Part shown: in pieces, positions 1 to 10,507 of the stretch
Layout of the letters: every line of letters starts with the position of its first letter
Position numbering within the stretch: position 1 is the stretch's first letter
Source of the DNA: Amphiscolops sp. MND2022
Lineage: Eukaryota
Assembly: GCA_964187785.1 (NCBI GenBank)
Contig: OZ076409.1
Span: 74,092,001 to 74,156,000 of the forward strand
DNA length: 64,000 bases
Reading direction: 5' to 3'
The notes under the pieces: generated by a model
The model's input: only the letters and a program-made list of their open reading frames with translations
What the model was told of the DNA's origin: nothing
The model's database searches: none
Position numbers and translations under genes: made by a program

Positions 1-705
1 GGCCGGTTTTATTCCCAGCAAAACCATTTGGCCCTAAATACGGAGTTTCAGCGTTCCAGCATTCCCGGGCGAAAAGTTGTGGGACTTAGAAAAGTTCAAA
101 AATTTTCAAAAAAATTTTTTTCCGTTATTTGGGCCCCCAAAGTGGGGGAAAAGACCCCCCAACCAGTAAAGCAAGTGAATGCATGTGCAAAGCCCATGTT
201 TAGAGGAGAAAAATGCCGTTTAGAACGTCTTTTTATCTTGGCTCAACGTTGACTTATGACGTTTTGAAGGTGATGATTGGAGGTGTAAAGCACGTGAATA
301 GTAAACGTTATGAGTATTTATCTGATCTGAAAGCCATTGAGATGCAATATGGTTTGCTCAAAACGTAATTCATGGCAGTTTGGCAATCAATCAACACCCT
401 TTGTTGTCGTTTGACATACTTTTGTGTTGTTATAATAAAAAATTTTGTGTATTTATTCATTTTTTTCACATCAAATAACTTGAAACAGTTGAGTACATTC
501 CATCCCCCCCTTCCGGGGGAGATGAGAATGTACTCGCAAAAAGCACCGAACTACGGCCCTTACCTTCCCGAGCTACGCAGTATAAGGATTGCATATTGGT
601 TCCGACATTTTGATAGAGTTATATCTTGGTAATCTGTCTGGATATGCAGAAAAACCAGCACGTGCTTTTTTATACCAAGTTGCTTACAACGACAATTATT
701 TTATA

Positions 706-808
706 TCAACGCCCCCATATTTATCAACGCCCCCCGTCCGTGGGCATGCCGAGGCATGCCCTTCGACGACGTATACCAAGATATACATCGAGCGCGTTAG
801 CCTAGGTG
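706..808 (+). other. Representative conserved 3' terminal module/junction: two TCAACGCC direct repeats, GGGCATGCC-GA-GGCATGCCC hairpin, TTCGACGAC, variable GC-rich segment, CTAG|GTG
   Basis: TCAACGCC at 706-713 and 724-731, hairpin at 742-761, CTAG at 802-805. The layout recurs at nearly every junction. A hairpin followed by CTRR is the established Helitron 3' end signature. Confidence 0.85.
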
Positions 809-2067
809 CCGGGATTTCTATTCGATAAAGTATTTTGCGCGGTTGGGTAGGGCCCCGTGAGCGCGCCAGGGGATTGTGTTAGAACAACCGGAAATTCGGC
901 ATACGATTTTGGCGATTTTCTAAACTATCCATACGATTTGGCTCAAATTTGGCATACGGGTTCCTGAGACAGATATAAGAACTAATTCCTACTGGCGTTT
1001 TGCCCGGAAAATTTTTTTTGTTGCCCAAAATTGAAATTTTCGGCAAAAAAATGCGATTTTTTTTGAAAAATTTTTTTTGAGAGGCCATATCTTTTTTCAG
1101 GGAGCCCGGAGCGGGACGCGTTAAACTAATTATAAACTCTACGGTTCATGGGCTTTACGGAGAACCTAGGCTCGTTTCGATCGGACAAATAGTCTTGGAG
1201 ATATAACTGCATTTTTTGGGAATTTTTTGGAAATTTTTCTAACGGTCCAGCTTATCTTTGCCATTTTTTCGAAAATGTACTCGCCTAAAGGCCTCCCCTG
1301 GCCGGTTTTATTCCCAGCAAAACCATTTGGCCCTAAATACGGAGTTTCAGCGTTCCAGCATTCCCGGGCGAAAAGTTGTGGGACTTAGAATAATTTTTTG
1401 GAAACGCAAAATGTGTAAAGTCAACTTCAGGCCTCCCAAAGTCAAGGAACTTCCACACAACTAGTATTGCAAGTGAATGCATGTGGAGAGTACTCGAATA
1501 GACGAGGAAAATGAGCTGTAGAACGTCTCTGTAGCTTAACCTGACGTTGACTTATGACCTTTTGAGTGTGAGCTTGCTATGCGAGAAAAAATGCAAAACA
1601 TGAAAATGGAAGCAAAGTATCGTCGAAAACCCATCATAAGATGTTCAACTCATCCTAGAGCGGTTTATTTACAGTTGTTTAGTAGAGCAACACCATTCAT
1701 GATCATGTGACCCATTTTTATGGGGAATGAGATTGTCTTATTCATCCGATAGCCCAAAGCAGTTGAGTACATTCCATCTCACCTCCGTGTGAGATGAGAA
1801 TGTACTCGCTAAAGTCCAGGTACTACAGCCCATATTGGTTTTATGCGCCGCTCTGTATGCAAAAGAGCATACTTGACATTTTATAGCTGATATTTTTTTA
1901 AACTGCACTTTGACTCTGACCTGACATACTGAATATTTAGTCCTTATAACATACACATAATTAACGTCAACGCCCCATCCTTGCATCAACGCCCACCGTC
2001 CGTGGGCATGCCGAGGCATGCCCTTCGACGACGCGCACCAAAATATTCCCCGAGCGCGTTAGCCTAG
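806..2067 (+). mobile_element. Non-autonomous unit, ~1.28-kb class (type A), 1262 bp
   Basis: Bounded by CTAG|GTG junctions. Has the GGGTAGGGCCCC box (845-856), the central CCTCCCCTGGCCGG...GGGACTTAGAA block and a long hairpin at 1765-1807. No credible ORF. Confidence 0.8.
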
Positions 2068-3455
2068 GTGGTTGGGGCGGTCCCCAGAACGCACAAGGAG
2101 GCGCGGGGAGGGTCCTGCGCCGACGTAGAATAATTTCATATAATACTAGTATCCTACATGGGTGTTTTAGAAGCGATTTTGGAATCTAACCGTAGGATTT
2201 GGATAATTTTTTGCATGCGGCCATAACTCAAAATTCTAAGAACTTTTTCCTACTGTCATTTTCCCCGCAAATTGTTTTTTGTTGACTTATGGCCGAAAAA
2301 CCGGAAATAACGTCCTTTTCAGACGTTATATCCGAAGTGTTGTCATAACTTTTTTCCAGGGCATGCTAGCGTTCTCGTTCATTTTTACACTTAGTTGCAG
2401 CATCTCAAAATACAACTGGTGGAAAATTTTGGTTGCATTCGGATCACCCCCCACCGAGATAGAAGGGTTCCCCCCTCCAGTTTTACCCTCCAAATTTGCA
2501 AAAAAGTTAATTTTGAGCATGAAGCCGAGGATTTAGCGTACCCGCACCCTTCTAATGTTTTGTTGTACGTTTTAGGGTCAATCTGACGACATGTGTGGTT
2601 TTCACCCCCAACCCCCCCTGGGACCGGAAATGACACTTTTTTGTGTTTTTTGGCAGAATTTAGCCTTTTTCATTACTAGGCAGTCGTTTTAGGGACTCCT
2701 AGCAGGATATCGAAATGGAAATACAACCTGATCTGAACCCAGTGACAACATGTTGGCCACTTGGAGGTACCATCGTGACCGGAAGTGGGGTCAAACCCCC
2801 CTTTTTGTGACCGCTTTTTGACCTTGTGCACCAAAATGCCAACAGCTTGAGGTCTAATGACGCATTCAAATCTGTACAAAGATAGAATGGTAGACAACTG
2901 AAGTCCCGGATGCTCTTTAGCATATACCGGAAGTCACCCCCATGACCGGAAGTTACCCAATGTGACCGGAAAGGGTCCAAAAAATAATGTAAAGTTGAAT
3001 TTTTCACTATTTCAAGACCACTTCATTGAACATTTTCAATCCCAAAACTAGCGTATTGTCTTGTTTTGCTGAATTTATGGAAATTGATGAGCTCTATCAC
3101 CCCCGATAGCCTTCGAAGTTGACCTTGCGTCAACTTTGGAGGCTATCGATACTGAAAATGAACAACAAAGTACATTGTTACTCTCGTTTTTTTCCCGTTG
3201 TTTTTCCTCAAACATTCTTGAGACATATACATGGCCTTTAGTTGAAATCAATATTTAGCCCATGATATAGCTGGAGCAGCGAAGCGTTACACAGACTAGT
3301 GTGGTTTTGAAATTACAATATTTAAAACAACAACTGACCGTCTTAGTCAACTCCACACATTCATACAAACGCCCACCGTCTGTGGGCATGCCGAGGCATG
3401 CCCTTCGACGACGTATGACGAATCCACTCCAACAACACCCGCAGTCCTCAGCTAG
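2068..3455 (+). mobile_element. Non-autonomous unit type B, 1388 bp
   Basis: Distinct interior rich in ACCGGAA(A/G)T motifs. Near-identical copy at 12679-14055. Same terminal module as type A. Confidence 0.8.
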
Positions 3456-6400
3456 GTGGCCGGGAACTTTTTTTCCTGCATTTTTCTGTCCAATTGGGGG
3501 AGGGGCCCCAAGTGGCTGTTATCCGGTTTTACTACCTACCCTAAACACGCTCAAAAAATGACGATCTCGAAAACCACCCCTTAGATTTTCCTGAAACTTT
3601 GCATACAGGCCTAGAATCAAATCCTAAGAACTATTTCCTACTGGCGTTTTTCCGAATTTTTTCAAAAAGTTGGTCAAAAATGCAACAAAAGTTGCCAATG
3701 GACATAAAAAACGCAACTTTTCGACTTTGAGGGCTCATAACTTTTTCCAGAGTGCCCGGAGCGATTCGCACAATAAGAACAATATTGCTCAGCATTGTCG
3801 GAGAAGTGCGTGGACGAAGTTTGAGGTGAATCGAATGAAAATTGATTGAGAAATAAACGCAAATGTTTGTGCATTTGTTGCAAACACCAGTCTATCTCTG
3901 CCATTTTCGCCAAAAATTTTTCCCAGAGCCTTTATAGGAGGCAACCCCTGCCCAAATTTCTGCCGAGCAAACCCATTTGGCCCTAAATACGGAGTTTCAG
4001 CATTCTATGATTCCCGGGCGAAAAGTTGTGGGACTTAGAAAAATTTCAAAAAAACGCAAAAATTGTAAAAAGTAACTTCAGGCGCCCAAAGTCTCAAAAC
4101 TTCCACACAACTAGTATTGCAAGTGAATGCATGTGGAAAGTACTCGGATAGACGAGAAAAATGAGCTATAGAACAACTCTGTAGCTTAATCTGAAGTTGA
4201 CTTATGACTTTTTGAGTGTGAGCATCCTATAGGATTTTAATGTCAAAAATGAGATTTTGTAAGTCATGTCTCATCAAAAACTCATCGGAATACGTTCAAT
4301 CATCCCCATAGCTGTTCAATCACCGTTGCTTAGTAGAGCAACGCCATTTATTGTCTTTGGACCCATTTTGAAAATTTTCCTTACCGTCTTATTCGTCCGA
4401 TATCACGAAACAATTGAGTACATTCCATCTCCCCCCTTGTGGGGGAGATGAGAATGTACTCGCCAAAGACCTGAAACAATGGCCCATATTGGTTTTTATT
4501 TGACTTTTCTCACAATATTGCACACGGATAGCTGTGTTTGGTAAAAGTTTTCCTTTGCACCATGTTTCCAGAAGCAAAACCACTTCTTTAGCTTACTACT
4601 TCCACTCAAACATCACTAACGTCAACGCCACATACTCGCATCAACGCCCGCCGTCCGTGGGCATGCCGAGGCATGCCCTTCGACGATGTATGCCAAATAG
4701 CGCCACCTGGCGCCCCCAATTTCCGCTAGGTGCCGGGATTTCTATTCGATAAAGTATTTTGCGCGGTTGGGTAGGGCCCCGTGAGCGCGCCAGGGGATTG
4801 TGTTAGAACAACCGGAAATTCGGCATACGATTTTGGCGATTTTCTAAACTATCCATACGATTTGGCTCAAATTTGGCATACGGGTTCCTGAGACAGATAT
4901 AAGAACTAATTCCTACTGGCGTTTTGCCCGGAAAATTTTTTTTGTTGCCCAAAATTGAAATTTTCGGCAAAAAAATGCGATTTTTTTTGAAAATTTTTTT
5001 TGAGAGGCCATATCTTTTTTCAGGGAGCCCGGAGCGGGACGCGTTAAACTAATTATAAACTCTACGGTTCATGGGCTTTACGGAGAACCTAGGCTCGTTT
5101 CGATCGGACAAATAGTCTTGGAGATATAACTGCATTTTTTGGGAATTTTTTGGAAATTTTTCTAACGGTCCAACTTATCTTTGCCATTTTTTCGAAAATG
5201 TACTCGCCTAAAGGCCTCCCCTGGCCGGTTTTATTCCCAGCAAAACCATTTGGCCCTAAATACGAAGTTTCAGCGTTCTAGTATTCCCGGGCGAAAAGTT
5301 GTGGGACTTAGAAAAAATTTTTGGAAACGCAAAATGTGTAAAGTCAACTTCAGGCCTCCCAAAGTCAAGAAACTTCCACACAACTAGGATTGCAAGTGAA
5401 TGCATGTGGAAAGTACTCCAATAGACAAGGAAAATGGGCTATAGAACAACTCTGTAGCTTAACTTGACGTTGACTTATGACAATTTTAGTGTGAGCTTGC
5501 TGTGTGAGAAAAAAATTCAAAAGATGAAAATCAAAGCTAAATCTCATCCAAAACTCATCGGAATACGTTCAATGCATCCCAAAGCAGCTTATTTCCAAGT
5601 GTCTGGTCCAGCAACACCATTCAAGAACATTTGACTCATTTTTATAAACTTTGACAGCGTATTATTCATCCGAGAGCACGAAACAGTTGAGTACATTCCA
5701 TCTCCCTTTCGGGGGAGATGAGAATGTACTCGCTAAAGTCCAGGTACTACAGCCCATATTTGTTTTTATGCAACGCTTTTTATGCTAGTGCGCACACGTA
5801 TTAATCTTTTAACTGAATTTTCTCTTGTCGGCACTTTGACTTTGACTTGACATATACTGAAAGTTTTTGTCCTTACAACATACACATGACTTACGTCAAC
5901 GCCCCATCCTTGCATCAACGCCCACCGTCCGTGGGCATGCCGAGGCATGCCCTTCGACGACCCGCACCAAAATATACGTCGAGCGCGTTAGCCTAGGTGC
6001 CGGTGTTTTCTTCACTTTTAAGGATGTTGCGCGTGTGGGTAGGGCCCCTGGCGCGCTCCGTTATCCCCCGGTTTACAACTTAGAAAATTTGAACAATTTT
6101 TTGGGATCTCGAAAACTGGCCACACGATTTGGCTGAAATTTTGCATGCGGCTCCCTATGACAGTTGTAAGAACTAATCCCTAGTGGCGTTTTGCCCGGAA
6201 AATTTTTTTTGTTGACTTATTCACATTTTTAGGGTCAAAAAATGGCGTTTTTTTGAAAAAATTTTTTTTCAGAGACAAATACTCGAAACTGGTGCACCCA
6301 GCGCAGTAACGCCTAGCTGATTTATTGTTGGGCATTTCATGAGGAGTCCGTATACAAATTTTCCTCCAAATCGGATTAAAATTGATTGAGAAATAACTGA

Positions 6401-8537
6401 AAATTTGAGGAATTTTTTTGGAAATTTTCGAAAACCCAGTCTATCTCTGCCGTTTTTTGCCCAGATTTTTTTTGAGACACTCTCCTAAAGACCTCCCCTG
6501 GCCGGTTTTCCTCCCAGCAAAACCATTTGGCCCTAAATACGAAGTTTCAGCGTTCTAGCATTCCCGGGCGAAAAGTTGTGGGACTTAGAAAAAATTTTTG
6601 GAAACGCAAAATGTGTAAAGTCAACTTCAGGCCTCCCAAAGTCAAGGAACTTCCACACAACTAGTATTGCAAGTGGATGCATGTGAAAAGTACTCAAACA
6701 GACGAGAAAAATGGGCTATAGAACGACTCTGTAGCTTAACTTGACGTTGACTTATGACAATTTTAGTGTGAGCTTGCTGTGTGAGAAAAAAATTCAAAAG
6801 ATGAAAATCAAAGCTAAATCTCATCCAAAACTCATCGGAATACGTTCAGTCCATCCAAGAGCGGTTTAATTCCAGCTATATAATGCAGCAACACTATTCA
6901 AGACCATTTGATCCACTTACATTAGTTTTGACACCGTATTATTCTTCCGAGAGCACAAAACAGTTGAGTACATTCCATCTCCCTTTCGGGGGAGATGAGA
7001 ATGTACTCGCTAAAGTCCAGGTACTACAGTCCATATTTGTTTTTATGCGACGCTCTTATGGTTTGTATGCTATTGCGTACACGTATTAATCTTTTAACCT
7101 ATTTTTTGTTGTCTGCAGTTTGATTTTGACTTGACATAAACTGAACGTTTTGTCCTTACAACAGACATGACTAACGTCAACGCCCCATCCTTGCATCAAC
7201 GCCCACCGTCCGTGGGCATGCCGAGGCATGCCCTTCGACGACGTATACCAAGATATACATCGAGCGCGTTAGCCTAGGTGCCGGTGTTTTTCACGACAAA
7301 GAAAGTTGCGCGCTTTGGGTAGGGTCCCGGCGCGCTTTTGGGGTTCATTTTTACAACCTGATAGGACACATGCTGAAATGACCGATCTCCTAAACTACCC
7401 TACCAATTTTGCTGAAATTTGGCACGAAGCTTCCTTGGAACATTCTAAGAACAAATCCCTACTGGCGTTTTGCTGGGAAAAATCAAAAAGTTGGTCAAAA
7501 ATGCGATTTTCCGACAAAATTTTGGGGTAAAATTTTTTTGAAACGTTATATCTCGCCACAGGGTCACGCTAGCGCCTCGCAACCTATGATCGTGTTTTGT
7601 TGGGCGTTGTCTGTAGAACACGTATGCCAAATTTGGTGGCGATCGGACTTAAACTCAGGGAGATATAGCGATTTTTTAGGTGCATTTTTTGACATTTTTT
7701 GCATTTGCCGATTTATCTCTGCCGTTTTTGCCCAAATTTTTTTTGAGACACTCTCCTAAAGACCTCCCCTGGCCGGTTTACCTCCCAGAAAAACCATTTG
7801 GCCCTAAATACGAAGTTTCAGCGTTCTAGCATTCCCGGGCAAAAAGTTGTGGGACTTAGAATAGTTTTTATGGTAACGCAAAATGTGTAAAGTCAACTTC
7901 AGGCCTCCCAAAGTCAAAGAACTTCCACACAACTAGGATTGCAAGTGGGTGCATGTGGAAAGTACTCGGATAGACGAGAAAAATGAGCTATAGAACGACT
8001 TTGTAGCTTAACCTGACGTTGACTTATGACAATTTTAGTGTGAGCTTGCTATTTGGTGTAAAAATTCAAATGATGAAAATCGAAGCTAAGTCTCATCCAA
8101 AACTCATCGGAATACGTTCAATGCACCCCAAAGCGGATTAATTCGAGATGTTTAGTGCAGCAACACCATTCAAGACCATTTGACCCATTTTTATAAGTTT
8201 TGACAACGTATTATTCATACGAGAGCACGAAACAGTTGAGTACATTCCATCTCCCTTTCGGGGGAGATGAGAATGTACTCGCTAAAGTCCAGGTACTACA
8301 GCCCATATTTGCTTTTATGCGACGCTCTTATGCTAGTGCGCATACTTTTTAATCGTTTAACTGAATTTTCTTCTGTCTGCACTTTGACTTTGACTTGACA
8401 TATAGTGAACGTTTTGTCTTACAACTTACAAATGAGTAACGTCAACGCCCCATCCTTGCATCAACGCCCACCGTCCGTGGGCATGCCGAGGCATGCCCTT
8501 CGACGACGTATGCCCTCACAATCGCGGTAGCCGCTAG
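3456..8537 (+). mobile_element. Four consecutive type A non-autonomous units (1274, 1267, 1281, 1260 bp)
   Basis: Junction CTAG ends at 4729, 5996, 7277 and 8537. Shared central block and long hairpin; left halves differ. Confidence 0.8.
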
Positions 8538-10507
8538 GTGCGGGGGGGAAACCCCATCCTTTATCTTGGAGGATTCGGGTAGGGTCCTGAATCCGAGTTC
8601 AGTGCCGCCAGCTCTCAGTAGAAATCTGGGAAATTTTTTGCGATCTCGTGATCTAACCATAGGATTTTAAAGTTGGAGCGGCCCCCACCAGATTTTCCAA
8701 AGTTATTCGCCCCCCACCGGGTTCCAGCGTGATTGAAATATTCTGACGGGGTACACGGACGACCGTTAGGGGTCATTTTAGGGGTAAAATTTATATAATG
8801 TCGCATAACTTTTTTCCTGTTGGATTAAAACTTTGGGACCCTGCTAAAAGTTTCTTGACCGTGTTGCGGGGGCTCCGGAGGTCCAAACCAAATTTTTCTA
8901 TCTTGAAGCTATCTCCAAGTACCCCCCCGCCCAAACCGTTATTTTTCCGGAAACGCCGGTTTTTGACCCGGAAGGAGTCGTCTGAGCGCGGGGTCGTTAG
9001 GTGATGTTTTGGGGACGGCCTCGAGACGAAGCGGGGGATATATAGTTTGCCGACCCCAGTTTACCCCCCGCACGGGAAATGACCGTTATATGAGCGGGAA
9101 AAATGCCCCCCTCCACGTTTTACCGCTATTTCCGGTGTGAAGGAGTGGGAGTAGCGCGTCGGGTGTTATATAACAAAAGTAGGTTTAGACAAGGACCTAT
9201 CGGAAACATGTAGTTTGGGACCCCCTGGACCAACCCGTTAGCGGGAAATGGGGCTTCCGCCTCCTTTTTTTACTGCTAAAACCGTAAAATGGGCATTGAG
9301 GGGTAAATATCTCGTGAACGCGTGGAGCAATCGTGTCCATCACTACTACAAGGTTTCATACCCATGATATGGTGCCTTCAGGGGGGCAAACAGATTTCCG
9401 CTATCTATCACCGTTACCGACTTGGCCCCCCAGCCTAACCGCTATGTGACCGGAATTGTCACTTTTTGAGCCCAAAGGGTCGGTCCCAGCCGGGGAACGT
9501 TAGGTAACTTATTGTAGTACTCAATGAGACGAGTTGGGGGATATAGTTTCAGTCACCCCCCGTTACCCCTTGGGACCGGAAATGACCGTTATGTGGGTAA
9601 AATTGCAATTTTTATACTTTTAAGTGTATTTAGGTGCGGAAGGAGTGGTAATAGGTGCTTGGACACTATATGAGGTAAGGGAGGACGTGAGGCGAGCATT
9701 CGGAAATAACCGTTATATTGACCCTAAAGTCCCCCTGGTACCGTAAACGACCGGAAATGGTCAAATTTTGTGTCTATTGGGTACAAATGTTTAGTATTTT
9801 GTAGATAAAAGTATCTATTAGGTGTTTCGACGGTCTGCAATAGTGAACATAGTCATGAAACCTTGTGGGGGGTAACGGGGTATATAGCACCGGAAGTCCA
9901 AACCGTTGGACACAGGATAGGTTTTTGGTTTGAAAATGTCTTTCGGCGTACTTTTGTCGACTATTATGGACTATTATTAAAAATTAAAGTTTTTCCATAT
10001 AGTTTCAGAGACTCCGAAACCTCAACCAACATAACCGTTACATTTTGATAGCCTTTCAAGTTGGCCTGGTGTCAACTTGGAAGCGCTATCCTTCTGAAAT
10101 CGTTAATCAAGAGTGTTTTTGGGTAGGTATATATTGCATTAGTACCAATTAGAGCTTCATCAATAGTGTATCAACGACAAAAACTATGCCGTCATGATTC
10201 CGTTATTAGAATCATAGTGAGCAAATTGTTGAAAAAAATGGTTTTTTCCATACAAAATGTGTCCTAAATGCCAGGAAACCTATTTACCTAACAAATGGTA
10301 TTAATTGGAATGTATGTAACAGATTTATAAAAGTTCAAATTGAATATTACATTTCATTATGGAAGCTGAAACGTCATATTTTAGTTTAATTAACGTCAAC
10401 GCCACACACTTTACATCAACGCACACCGTCTGTGGGCATGCCGAGGCATGCCCTTCGACGACGTATGACAAATCCATATCAAACGACGCCCGTACATCCC
10501 GGGCTAG
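8538..10507 (+). mobile_element. Non-autonomous unit type C, 1970 bp
   Basis: GC-richer interior starting GTGCGGGGGG. Homologous to the units at 20851-26785. Same terminal module. Confidence 0.8.
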
